Shown piece after piece: positions 26,301 to 41,300 of a stretch of 64,000 bases of DNA. Position numbers and translations under genes: made by a program. Source of the DNA: Haplodiscus bocki (taxonomy: Eukaryota); assembly GCA_965655095.1 (NCBI GenBank), contig OZ296648.1:104346001-104410000 (forward strand). Reading direction: 5' to 3'. The notes under the pieces were generated by a model. That model saw nothing but the letters and a program-made list of their open reading frames with translations. It was not told the origin of the DNA and searched no databases. Position 1 is the first letter of the stretch, and the number at the start of each line of letters is the position of its first letter.

Positions 26301-29300
26301 ATAGGTTTCATATTTATGAATTTTTTTCTCATTATTGATTGTTACTAGACAACGACTAAAAAAGTGATGTTAAAATACATATAATTTAGATTTTTTAAAC
26401 GTAGGTCTAAATTACAGTTGTATTTATATATTTCAATGAGCTCTGACAACGTTATATCAAATACTTTTCTTTAAAACAGACATCAAAAACAGGAAATCAT
26501 GACGCTAATTTGATATTATGACAATATAAACTAGATTTAAGGTCTCGATTTATTGAGACCAAATCTGACAATTCACAATCAACCAAAGAACAAATTGCAT
26601 AACAATCAGGTTAATCAGTTGCTACATTCACAAGATCAAAGCAACATCTCTAGTCCTTACAACAGAAAGAATACCAAAAGAAGAAATATCAACACCCAAG
26701 AATCTTCTGTGAACACAACTCAAAGTAAAGGTGGTAAAGGTGAGAATAGTTTTTCTGCTAAAAAACTAATTGATAAAGGTTTTAATAAAAACTAAATGAC
26801 GGAAGTTACAGAAACAACTAAAAACAATCTAAAAACACAAAAAATATAGAACTTATTGTTAATAAATATTCAGATAAATCCTAGAGAACACAATCTCAAA
26901 AATGGCAAAAGGCTTTAATCCAAAGAAGAACTTATGAACAAGCAATAGAAATAAAGGGTGAGACTATTGAAGATTTGGATAAAGAATTGAACTTATAGAC
27001 AATAAATTTAAGATTTAGCTGATAAAAAAGGAATTTCAGGTGAGCAAATTAGAAAAGATATCGCACGACCCAACGAACGTTCAACTTTTGAAGTACGATG
27101 AATTCACTTCAGATCGATGACATATTTTTTACTGATTAAGAAGTATACTTTATATTCCAGGATTGAAAATGGATAAAATTGATACACTTATTGCAATAAA
27201 TTACCAAAAACTAGTATTTTCGACGCTTTGGAATTTCTCGTCTCTTTCCAGGCGCCGAATAGTCGGGTGGTCTCATTTGTCAGAGAAGAGTGGTAGAGAA
27301 AAATACGGATTTTTGAGCCTTGTTCTAAAATCCGGTTTTTTCGAGTAATACTACCTCACCAAAAGTTACGCAAAAACTATCCTTCAAAAAATACCCATCA
27401 TAAAATAAGTAATAAAACATGCTTTTCCTCAACGACAATACGTTCTTTCGTAAAAGCATGTTTTTTTTACTTATTATATGATGGGTATATTTGTGAGAGA
27501 TATTTTTGTAATGCACAAAAATTTACTTTTTTTCATCAATAAAATCATACACATACTTTACAGCAGTGGGATAAAGATATATTTTCTGCGTACTTCATGC
27601 TGGATTATTTTGCATGCAAACACATTACTGGCCAATTCTATCGAACATTCCTGGTGAAGAACGTAATTTATTACGTTGTGTACAGATTCTCTGGTTCACC
27701 ATCTTTTCCCCTCCCGATGGATACACCAGCGAATCTGAGCTAATGCACCATAACTATCTGCTTGTGAGATGGGGGATAGGCTGACTAGGCCTTTCAGGTG
27801 ACATTAACCAGTCGAAAATTCATAATTTGGCCTAAACCAGTATCAATGTTTTTTTTACCACATTGTCACAGTTGACAAACAAATGAATAAGAAATTTTAT
27901 TTTTACTTTTTTGAACTTTAAAATGTGAGATTTTTCAATTGACTCAATTGTAAAATTACAAAAACATCACTGCATGTCAATTTATTCCTGGGTCAGGACT
28001 GATTTTTCGGAAGGATTGATTTTCAAAATATAATTTTGTGTAATTTCTTTGCCGCGTACTCACAAATCAGCATTTAGGTGAAGATTTCCGAGCGGCAGAA
28101 GTGTAAAAAAAATAAAAAGATGATGATAGACTTCGATTTTTTTTCAATTCAGTGAAATAGGAGCAGTGCAAACGGTTTGTTGTTCTACAAAAATTTATTA
28201 TTTTTATATAAATGTTCCATTTTCAAAAAAAGTCCATCAATTTCCCGTTTATGAATTAAAATTTTACATTCAATGCAAAAATATTAGGAGGTGAAATACT
28301 TTAACCTAAGTGAATTTTAGCATTTTCATAATGATTTCGTGTACTTTCAGATTTTTTATTTTCCTTTTCAACATAAATATCACAAAATTTACAGAAATAA
28401 AAGGTTTTCCTTACAAGTCTAAAAACGTTTACAAAATTATCTTTAGATAAAACATGACAAGCCAGAGGTGGATTAATAACAACTTGGTCAACAAGGCTAC
28501 AAAACAAACTTCTCATATTACTTTTTCCAACACTTTTTTTAAATAAAAAAAATTCCAATATCATTATATTTTGAAATTTTTCCTCTAAATTTCTGATTAG
28601 GAGTTAGATTCCCTTCTATATTAGAATCTAATATAATTTTCTGAATACAATATCATCTCTTTCAATATTTACAAACAACATTCAATTTTATTGAAAAAAA
28701 AACATATTGGCAAACGAAATATGTTCTATAAACAATACATTTATGTTTCAAACCTGAAGAACTTTAACAACTCTCATAATCATTGATGACCACACTGACG
28801 AAAAGCATACACACTTGGCTGCTCCAAACGGATAACACATTTTTGATTAAAAACTGCTAAAACTTCATTCGCTCCATAAAACTTTCTTCATCTGCACTGT
28901 CCGAATTCTCCTCAGAATTATTGTTATCTTTAGCATCTATCGCACAATATGAAAGTATTTTTTCTATTTTCACAAATGAAAATTTTCAACATTTTGATAC
29001 ATGATAATCATAAGGATCAAAAGAATTATCTGTTGTTTTCAACATTGTGCCTTCTTCAAAGTTATGTTTTCGATAAAATCAAAAAGATTAAATGAAAATT
29101 ATGTATTAGTTTCTCCGATAGCTATTGGATATGATGTCATACTAGTGCCCATATTAAATATGCAATTTAATTTTTTTCCTTCTGTGATGAAAGTGTAAAA
29201 ACCATACCCTGAAAAATGCATCCAATTACTTTCAGTCTCCTTGCGACCCTAATTCAAGCAAAATGGTATTTCCATCAAAACAGGGATCGTCAAGAGCACC

Positions 29301-32300
29301 TGAAAAGTCTGTCATTTAACAAAATTGACTTGTTCCAATGAATATTCTGTTAAGTTTCAAATTAACAAACGGCCCTCTAAGGTTATAGGTTTCATATTTA
29401 TGAATTTTTTTCTCATTATTGATTGTTACTAGACAACGACTAAAAAAGTGATGTTAAAATACATATAATTTAGATTTTTTAAACGTAGGTCTAAATTACA
29501 GTTGTATTTATATATTTCAATGAGCTCTGACAACGTTATATCAAATACTTTTCTTTAAAACAGACATCAAAAACAGGAAATCATGACGCTAATTTGATAT
29601 TATGACAATATAAACTAGATTTAAGGTCTCGATTTATTGAGACCAAATCTGACAATTCACAATCAACCAAAGAACAAATTGCATAACAATCAGGTTAATC
29701 AGTTGCTACATTCACAAGATCAAAGCAACATCTCTAGTCCTTACAACAGAAAGAATACCAAAAGAAGAAATATCAACACCCAAGAATCTTCTGTGAACAC
29801 AACTCAAAGTAAAGGTGGTAAAGGTGAGAATAGTTTTTCTGCTAAAAAACTAATTGATAAAGGTTTTAATAAAAACTAAATGACGGAAGTTACAGAAACA
29901 ACTAAAAACAATCTAAAAACACAAAAAATATAGAACTTATTGTTAATAAATATTCAGATAAATCCTAGAGAACACAATCTCAAAAATGGCAAAAGGCTTT
30001 AATCCAAAGAAGAACTTATGAACAAGCAATAGAAATAAAGGGTGAGACTATTGAAGATTTGGATAAAGAATTGAACTTATAGACAATAAATTTAAGATTT
30101 AGCTGATAAAAAAGGAATTTCAGGTGAGCAAATTAGAAAAGATATCGCACGACCCAACGAACGTTCAACTTTTGAAGTACGATGAATTCACTTCAGATCG
30201 ATGACATATTTTTTACTGATTAAGAAGTATACTTTATATTCCAGGATTGAAAATGGATAAAATTGATACACTTATTGCAATAAATTACCAAAAACTAGTA
30301 TTTTCGACGCTTTGGAATTTCTCGTCTCTTTCCAGGCGCCGAATAGTCGGGTGGTCTCATTTGTCAGAGAAGAGTGGTAGAGAAAAATACGGATTTTTGA
30401 GCCTTGTTCTAAAATCCGGTTTTTTCGAGTAATACTACCTCACCAAAAGTTACGCAAAAACTATCCTTCAAAAAATACCCATCATAAAATAAGTAATAAA
30501 ACATGCTTTTCCTCAACGACAATACGTTCTTTCGTAAAAGCATGTTTTTTTTACTTATTATATGATGGGTATATTTGTGAGAGATATTTTTGTAATGCAC
30601 AAAAATTTACTTTTTTTCATCAATAAAATCATACACATACTTTACAGCAGTGGGATAAAGATATATTTTCTGCGTACTTCATGCTGGATTATTTTGCATG
30701 CAAACACATTACTGGCCAATTCTATCGAACATTCCTGGTGAAGAACGTAATTTATTACGTTGTGTACAGATTCTCTGGTTCACCATCTTTTCCCCTCCCG
30801 ATGGATACACCAGCGAATCTGAGCTAATGCACCATAACTATCTGCTTGTGAGATGGGGGATAGGCTGACTAGGCCTTTCAGGTGACATTAACCAGTCGAA
30901 AATTCATAATTTGGCCTAAACCAGTATCAATGTTTTTTTTACCACATTGTCACAGTTGACAAACAAATGAATAAGAAATTTTATTTTTACTTTTTTGAAC
31001 TTTAAAATGTGAGATTTTTCAATTGACTCAATTGTAAAATTACAAAAACATCACTGCATGTCAATTTATTCCTGGGTCAGGACTGATTTTTCGGAAGGAT
31101 TGATTTTCAAAATATAATTTTGTGTAATTTCTTTGCCGCGTACTCACAAATCAGCATTTAGGTGAAGATTTCCGAGCGGCAGAAGTGTAAAAAAAATAAA
31201 AAGATGATGATAGACTTCGATTTTTTTTCAATTCAGTGAAATAGGAGCAGTGCAAACGGTTTGTTGTTCTACAAAAATTTATTATTTTTATATAAATGTT
31301 CCATTTTCAAAAAAAGTCCATCAATTTCCCGTTTATGAATTAAAATTTTACATTCAATGCAAAAATATTAGGAGGTGAAATACTTTAACCTAAGTGAATT
31401 TTAGCATTTTCATAATGATTTCGTGTACTTTCAGATTTTTTATTTTCCTTTTCAACATAAATATCACAAAATTTACAGAAATAAAAGGTTTTCCTTACAA
31501 GTCTAAAAACGTTTACAAAATTATCTTTAGATAAAACATGACAAGCCAGAGGTGGATTAATAACAACTTGGTCAACAAGGCTACAAAACAAACTTCTCAT
31601 ATTACTTTTTCCAACACTTTTTTTAAATAAAAAAAATTCCAATATCATTATATTTTGAAATTTTTCCTCTAAATTTCTGATTAGGAGTTAGATTCCCTTC
31701 TATATTAGAATCTAATATAATTTTCTGAATACAATATCATCTCTTTCAATATTTACAAACAACATTCAATTTTATTGAAAAAAAAACATATTGGCAAACG
31801 AAATATGTTCTATAAACAATACATTTATGTTTCAAACCTGAAGAACTTTAACAACTCTCATAATCATTGATGACCACACTGACGAAAAGCATACACACTT
31901 GGCTGCTCCAAACGGATAACACATTTTTGATTAAAAACTGCTAAAACTTCATTCGCTCCATAAAACTTTCTTCATCTGCACTGTCCGAATTCTCCTCAGA
32001 ATTATTGTTATCTTTAGCATCTATCGCACAATATGAAAGTATTTTTTCTATTTTCACAAATGAAAATTTTCAACATTTTGATACATGATAATCATAAGGA
32101 TCAAAAGAATTATCTGTTGTTTTCAACATTGTGCCTTCTTCAAAGTTATGTTTTCGATAAAATCAAAAAGATTAAATGAAAATTATGTATTAGTTTCTCC
32201 GATAGCTATTGGATATGATGTCATACTAGTGCCCATATTAAATATGCAATTTAATTTTTTTCCTTCTGTGATGAAAGTGTAAAAACCATACCCTGAAAAA

Positions 32301-35300
32301 TGCATCCAATTACTTTCAGTCTCCTTGCGACCCTAATTCAAGCAAAATGGTATTTCCATCAAAACAAGGATCGTCAAGAGCACCTGAAAAGTCTGTCATT
32401 TAACAAAATTGACTTGTTCCAATGAATATTCTGTTAAGTTTCAAATTAACAAACGGCCCTCTAAGGTTATAGGTTTCATATTTATGAATTTTATTCTCAT
32501 TATCGATTGTTACTAGACAACGACTAAAAAAGTGATGTTAAAATACATATAATTCAGATTTTTTAAACGTAGGTCTAAATTACAGTTGTATTTATAAATT
32601 TCAATGAGCTCTGATAACTTTATATCAAATACTTTTCTTTAAAACAGACATCAAAAACAGGAAATCATGACGCTAATTTGATATTATGACAATATAAACT
32701 AGATTTAAGGTCTCGATTTATTGAGACCAAATCTGACAATTCACAATCAACCAAAGAACAAATTGCATAACAATCAGGTTAATCAGTTGCTACATTCACA
32801 AGATCAAAGCAACATCTCTCGTCCTTACAACAGAAAGAATACCAAAAGAAGAAATATCAACACCCAAGAATCTTCTGTGAACACAACTCAAAGTAAAGGT
32901 GGTAAAGGTGAGAATAGTTTTTCTGCTAAAAAACTAATTGATAAAGGTTTTAATAAAAACTAAATGACGGAAGTTACAGAAACAACTAAAAACAATCTAA
33001 AAACACAAAAAATATAGAACTTATTGTTAATAAATATTCAGATAAATCCTAGAGAACACAATCTCAAATATGGCAAAAGGCTTTAATCCAAAGAAGAATT
33101 TATGAACAAGCAATAGAAAGAAAGGGTGAGACTATTGAAGATTTGGATAAAGAATTGAACTTATAGACAATAAATTTAAGATTTAGCTGATAAAAAAGGA
33201 ACTTCAGATGAGCGAATTAGAAAAGATATCGCACGACCCAACGAACGTTCAACTTTTGAAGTACGATGAATTCACTTCAGATCGATGACATATTTTTTAC
33301 TGATTAAGAAGTATATTTTATATTCCAGGATTGAAAATGGATAAAATTGATACACTTATTGCAATAAATTACCAAAAACTAGTATTTTCGACGCTTTGGA
33401 ATTTCTCGTCTCTTTCCAGGCGCCGAATAGTCGGGTGGTCTCATTTGTCAGAGAGGAGTGGTAGAGAAAAATACGGATTTTTGAGCCTTGTTCTAAAATC
33501 CGGTTTTTTCGAGTAATACTACCTCACCAAAAGTTACGCAAAAACTATCTTTCAAAAAATACCCATCATAAAATAAGTAATAAAACATGCTTTTCCTCAA
33601 CGACAATACGTTCTTTCGTAAAAGCATGTTTTTTTTTTACTTATTATATGATGGGTATATTTGTGAGAGATATTTTTGTAATGCACAAAAATTTACTTTT
33701 TTTCATCAATAAAATCATACACATACTTTAGAGCAGTGGGATAAAGATATATTTTCTGCGTACTTCATGCTGGATTATTTTGCATGCAAACACATTACTG
33801 GCCAATTCTATCGAACATTCCTGGTGAAGAACGTAATTTATTACGTTGTGTACAGATTCTCTGGTGCATCATCTTTTCCCCTCCCGATGGCATACACCAG
33901 CGAATCTGAGCTAATGCACCATAACTATCTGCTTGTGAGATGGGGGATAGGCTGACTAGGCCTTTCAGGTGACATTAACCAGTCGAAAATTCATAATTTG
34001 GCCTAAACCAGTATCAGTGTTTTTTTTACCACATTGTCACAGTTGACAAACAAATGAATAAGAAATTTTATTTTTACTTTTTTGAACTTTAAAATGTGAG
34101 ATTTTTCAATTGACTCAATTGTAAAAATACAAAAACATCACTGCCTGTCAATTTATTCCTGGGTCAGGACTGATTTTTCGGAAGGATTGATTTTCAAAAT
34201 ACAATTTTGTGTAATTTCTTTGCCGCGTACTCACAAATCAGCATTTAGGTGAAGATTTCCGAGCGGCAGAAGTGTAAAAAAAATAAAAAGATGATGATAG
34301 ACTTCGATTTTTTTTCAATTCAGTGAAATAGGAGCAGTGCAAACGGTTTGTTGTTCTACAAAAATTTATTATTTTTATATAAATGTTCCATTTTCAAAAA
34401 AAGTCCATCAATTTCCCGTTTATGAATTAAAATTTTACATTCAATGCAAAAATATTAGGAGGTGAAATACTTTAACCTAAGTGAATTTTAGCATTTTCAT
34501 AATGATTTCGTGTACTTTCAGATTTTTTATTTTCCTTTTCAACATAAATATCACAAAATTTACAGAAATAAAAGGTTTTCCTTACAAGTCTAAAAACGTT
34601 TACAAAATTATCTTTAGATAAAACATGACAAGCCAGAGGTGGATTAATAACAACTTGGTCAACAAGGCTACAAAACAAACTTCTCATATTACTTTTTCCA
34701 ACACTTTTTTTAAATAAAAAAAATTCCAATATCATTATATTTTGAAATTTTTCCTCTAAATTTCTGATTAGGAGTTAGATTCCCTTCTATATTAGAATCT
34801 AATATAATTTTCTGAATACAATATCATCTCTTTCAATATTTACAAACAACATTCAATTTTATTGAAAAAAAAACATATTGGCAAACGAAATATGTTCTAT
34901 AAACAATACATTTATGTTTCAAACCTGAAGAACTTTAACAACTCTCAATCATTGATGACCACACTGACGAAAAGCATACACACTTGGCTGCTCCAAACGG
35001 ATAACACATTTTTGATTAAAAACTGCTAAAACTTCATTCGCTCCATAAAACTTTCTTCATCTGCACTGTCCGAATTCTCCTCAGAATTATTGTTATCTTT
35101 AGCATCTATCGCACAATATGAAAGTATTTTTTCTATTTTCACAAATGAAAATTTTCAACATTTTGATACATGATAATCATAAGGATCAAAAGAATTATCT
35201 GTTGTTTTCAACATTGTGCCTTCTTCAAAGTTATGTTTTCGATAAAATCAAAAAGATTAAATGAAAATTATGTATTAGTTTCTCCGATAGCTATTGGATA

Positions 35301-38300
35301 TGATGTCATACTAGTGCCCATATTAAATATGCAATTTAATTTTTTTCCTTCTGTGATGAAAATGTAAAAACCATACCCTGAAAAATGCATCCATTTACTT
35401 TCAGTCTCTTTGCGACCCTAATTCAAGCAAAATGGTATTTCCATCAAAACAAGGATCGTCAAGAGCACCTGAAAAGTCTGTCATTTAACAAAATTGACTT
35501 GTTCCAATGAATATTCTGTTAAGTTTCAAATTAACAAACGGCCCTCTAAGGTTATAGGTTTCATATTTATGAATTTTATTCTCATTATCGATTGTTACTA
35601 GACAACGACTAAAAAAGTGATGTTAAAATACATATAATTCAGATTTTTTAAACGTAGGTCTAAATTACAGTTGTATTTATAAATTTCAATGAGCTCTGAT
35701 AACTTTATATCAAATACTTTTCTTTAAAACAGACATCAAAAACAGGAAATCATGACGCTAATTTGATATTATGACAATATAAACTAGATTTAAGGTCTCG
35801 ATTTATTGAGATCAAATCTGACAATTCACAATCAACCAAAGAACAAATTGCATAACAATCAGGTTAATCAGTTGCTACATTCACAAGATCAAAGCAACAT
35901 CTCTAGTCCTTACAACAGAAAGAATACCAAAAGAAGAAATATCAACACCCAAGAATCTTCTGTGAACACAACTCAAAGTAAAGGTGGTAAAGGTGAGAAT
36001 AGTTTTTCTGCTAAAAAACTAATTGATAAAGGTTTTAATAAAAACTAAATGACGGAAGTTACAGAAACAACTAAAAACAATCTAAAAACACAAAAAATAT
36101 AGAACTTATTGTTAATATATATTCAGATAAAGCCTAGAGAACACAATCTCAAAAATGGCAAAAGGCTTTAATCCAAAGAAGAACTTATGAACAAGCAATA
36201 GAAATAAAGGGTGAGACTATTGAAGATTTGGATAAAGAATTGAACTTATAGACAATAAATTTAAGATTTAGCTGATAAAAAAGGAATTTCAGGTGAGCAA
36301 ATTAGAAAAGATATCGCACGACCCAACGAACGTTCAACTTTTGAAGTACGATGAATTCACTTCAGATCGATGACATATTTTTTACTGATTAAGAAGTATA
36401 TTTTATATTCCAGGATTGAAAATGGATAAAATTGATACACTTATTGCAATAAATTACCAAAAACTAGTATTTTCGACGCTTTGGAATTTCTCGTCTCTTT
36501 CCAGGCGCCGAATAGTCGGGTGGTCTCATTTGTCAGAGAGGAGTGGTAGAGAAAAATACGGATTTTTGAGCCTTGTTCTAAAATCCGGTTTTTTCGAGTA
36601 ATATTACCTCACCAAAAGTTACGCAAAAACTATCTTTCAAAAAATACCCATCATAAAATAAGTAATAAAACATGCTTTTCCTCAACGACAATACGTTCTT
36701 TCGTAAAAGCATGTTTTTTTTACTTATTATATGATGGGTATATTTGTGAGAGATATTTTTGTAATGCACAAAAATTTACTTTTTTTCATCAATAAAATCA
36801 TACACATACTTTAGAGCAGTGGGATAAAGATATATTTTCTGCGTACTTCATGCTGGATTATTTTGCATGCAAACACATTACTGGCCAATTCTATCGAACA
36901 TTCCTGGTGAAGAACGTAATTTATTACGTTGTGTACAGATTCTCTGGTGCATCATCTTTTCCCCTCCCGATGGCATACACCAGCGAATCTGAGCTAATGC
37001 ACCATAACTATCTGCTTGTGAGATGGGGGATAGGCTGACTAGGCCTTTCAGGTGACATTAACCAGTCGAAAATTCATAATTTGGCCTAAACCAGTATCAG
37101 TGTTTTTTTTACCACATTGTCACAGTTGACAAACAAATGAATAAGAAATTTTATTTTTACTTTTTTGAACATTAAAATGTGAGATTTTTCAATTGACTCA
37201 ATTGTAAAATTACAAAAACATCACTGCATGTCATTTTATTCCTGGGTCAGGACTGATTTTTCGGAAGGATTGATTTTCAAAATACAATTTTGTGTAATTT
37301 CTTTGCCGCGTACTCACAAATCAGCATTTAGGTGAAGATTTCCGAGCGGCAGAAGTGTAAAAAAAATAAAAAGATGATGATAGACTTCGATTTTTTTTCA
37401 ATTCAGTGAAATAGGAGCAGTGCAAACGGTTTGTTGTTCTACAAAAATTTATTATTTTTATATAAATGTTCCATTTTCAAAAAAAGTCCATCAATTTCCC
37501 GTTTATGAATTAAAATTTTACATTCAATGCAAAAATATTAGGAGGTGAAATACTTTAACCTAAGTGAATTTTAGCATTTTCATAATGATTTCGTGTACTT
37601 TCAGATTTTTTATTTTCCTTTTCAACATAAATATCACAAAATTTACAGAAATAAAAGGTTTTCCTTACAAGTCTAAAAACGTTTACAAAATTATCTTTAG
37701 ATAAAACATGACAAGCCAGAGGTGGATTAATAACAACTTGGTCAACAAGGCTACAAAACAAACTTCTCATATTACTTTTTCCAACACTTTTTTTAAATAA
37801 AAAAAATTCCAATATCATTATATTTTGAAATTTTTCCTCTAAATTTCTGATTAGGAGTTAGATTCCCTTCTATATTAGAATCTAATATAATTTTCTGAAT
37901 ACAATATCATCTCTTTCAATATTTACAAACAACATTCAATTTTATTGAAAAAAAAACATATTGGCAAACGAAATATGTTCTATAAACAATACATTTATGT
38001 TTCAAACCTGGAGAACTTTAACAACTCTCAATCATTGATGACCACACTGACGAAAAGCATACACACTTGGCTGCTCCAAACGGATAACACATTTTTGATT
38101 AAAAACTGCTAAAACTTCATTCACTCCATAAAACTTTCTTCATCTGCACTGTCCGAATTCTCCTCAGAATTATTGTTATCTTTAGCATCTATCGCACAAT
38201 ATGAAAGTATTTTTTCTATTTTCACAAATGAAAATTTTCAACATTTTGATACATGATAATCATAAGGATCAAAAGAATTATCTGTTGTTTTCAACATTGT

Positions 38301-41300
38301 GCCTTCTTCAAAGTTATGTTTTCGATAAAATCAAAAAGATTAAATGAAAATTATGTATTAGTTTCTCCGATAGCTATTGGATGTGATGTCATACTAGTGC
38401 CCATATTAAATATGCAATTTAATTTTTTTCCTTCTGTGATGAAAATGTAAAAACCATACCCTGAAAAATGCATCCATTTACTTTCAGTCTCTTTGCGACC
38501 CTAATTCAAGCAAAATGGTATTTCCATCAAAACAAGGATCGTCAAGAGCACCTGAAAAGTCTGTCATTTAACAAAATTGACTTGTTCCAATGAATATTCT
38601 GTTAAGTTTCAAATTAACAAACGGCCCTCTAAGGTTATAGGTTTCATATTTATGAATTTTATTCTCATTATCGATTGTTACTAGACAACGACTAAAAAAG
38701 TGATGTTAAAATACATATAATTCAGATTTTTTAAACGTAGGTCTAAATTACAGTTGTATTTATAAATTTCAATGAGCTCTGATAACTTTATATCAAATAC
38801 TTTTCTTTAAAACAGACATCAAAAACAGGAAATCATGACGCTAATTTGATATTATGACAATATAAACTAGATTTAAGGTCTCGATTTATTGAGACCAAAT
38901 CTGACAATTCACAATCAACCAAAGAACAAATTGCATAACAATCAGGTTAATCAGTTGCTACATTCACAAGATCAAAGCAACATCTCTAGTCCTTACAACA
39001 GAAAGAATACCAAAAGAAGAAATATCAACACCCAAGAATCTTCTGTGAACACAACTCAAAGTAAAGGTGGTAAAGGTGAGAATAGTTTTTCTGCTAAAAA
39101 ACTAATTGATAAAGGTTTTAATAAAAACTAAATGACGGAAGTTACAGAAACAACTAAAAACAATCTAAAAACACAAAAAATATAGAACTTATTGTTAATA
39201 AATATTCAGATAAATCCTAGAGAACACAATCTCAAAAATGGCAAAAGGCTTTAATCCAAAGAAGAACTTATGAACAAGCAATAGAAATAAAGGGTGAGAC
39301 TATTGAAGATTTGGATAAAGAATTGAACTTATAGACAATAAATTTAAGATTTAGCTGATAAAAAAGGAATTTCAGCTGAGCAAATTAGAAAAGATATCGC
39401 ACGACCCAACGAACGTTCAACTTTTGAAGTACGATGAATTCACTTCAGATCGATGACATATTTTTTACTGATTAAGAAGTATATTTTATATTCCAGGATT
39501 GAAAATGGATAAAATTGATACACTTATTGCAATAAATTACCAAAAACTAGTATTTTCGACGCTTTGGAATTTCTCGTCTCTTTCCAGGCGCCGAATAGTC
39601 GGGTGGTCTCATTTGTCAGAGAGGAGTGGTAGAGAAAAATACGGATTTTTGAGCCTTGTTCTAAAATCCGGTTTTTTCGAGTAATATTACCTCACCAAAA
39701 GTTACGCAAAAACTATCTTTCAAAAAATACCCATCATAAAATAAGTAATAAAACATGCTTTTCCTCAACGACAATACGTTCTTTCGTAAAAGCATGTTTT
39801 TTTTTACTTATTATATGATGGGTATATTTGTGAGAGATATTTTTGTAATGCACAAAAATTTACTTTTTTTCATCAATAAAATCATACACATACTTTAGAG
39901 CAGTGGGATAAAGATATATTTTCTGCGTACTTCATGCTGGATTATTTTGCATGCAAACACATTACTGGCCAATTCTATCGAACATTCCTGGTGAAGAACG
40001 TAATTTATTACGTTGTGTACAGATTCTCTGGTGCATCATCTTTTCCCCTCCCGATGGCATACACCAGCGAATCTGAGCTAATGCACCATAACTATCTGCT
40101 TGTGAGATGGGGGATAGGCTGACTAGGCCTTTCAGGTGACATTAACCAGTCGAAAATTCATAATTTGGCCTAAACCAGTATCAGTGTTTTTTTTACCACT
40201 TTGTCACAGTTGACAAACAAATGAATAAGAAATTTTATTTTTACTTTTTTGAACATTAAAATGTGAGATTTTTCAATTGACTCAATTGTAAAATTACAAA
40301 AACATCACTGCATGTCATTTTATTCCTGGGTCAGGACTGATTTTTCGGAAGGATTGATTTTCAAAATACAATTTTGTGTAATTTCTTTGCCGCGTACTCA
40401 CAAATCAGCATTTAGGTGAAGATTTCCGAGCGGCAGAAGTGTAAAAAAAATAAAAAGAAGATGATAGACTTCGATTTTTTTTCAATTCAGTGAAATAGGA
40501 GCAGTGCAAACGGTTTGTTGTTCTACAAAAATTTATTATTTTTATATAAATGTTCCATTTTCAAAAAAAGTCCATCAATTTCCCGTTTATGAATTAAAAT
40601 TTTACATTCAATGCAAAAATATTAGGAGGTGAAATACTTTAACCTAAGTGAATTTTAGCATTTTCATAATGATTTCGTGTACTTTCAGATTTTTTATTTT
40701 CCTTTTCAACATAAATATCACAAAATTTACAGAAATAAAAGGTTTTCCTTACAAGTCTAAAAACGTTTACAAAATTATCTTTAGATAAAACATGACAAGC
40801 CAGAGGTGGATTAATAACAACTTGGTCAACAAGGCTACAAAACAAACTTCTCATATTACTTTTTCCAACACTTTTTTTAAATAAAAAAAATTCCAATATC
40901 ATTATATTTTGAAATTTTTCCTCTAAATTTCTGATTAGGAGTTAGATTCCCTTCTATATTAGAATCTAATATAATTTTCTGAATACAATATCATCTCTTT
41001 CAATATTTACAAACAACATTCAATTTTATTGAAAAAAAAACATATTGGCAAACGAAATATGTTCTATAAACAATACATTTATGTTTCAAACCTGAAGAAC
41101 TTTAACAACTCTCAATCATTGATGACCACACTGACGAAAAGCATACACACTTGGCTGCTCCAAACGGATAACACATTTTTGATTAAAAACTGCTAAAACT
41201 TCATTCGCTCCATAAAACTTTCTTCATCTGCACTGTCCGAATTCTCCTCAGAATTATTGTTATCTTTAGCATCTATCGCACAATATGAAAGTATTTTTTC

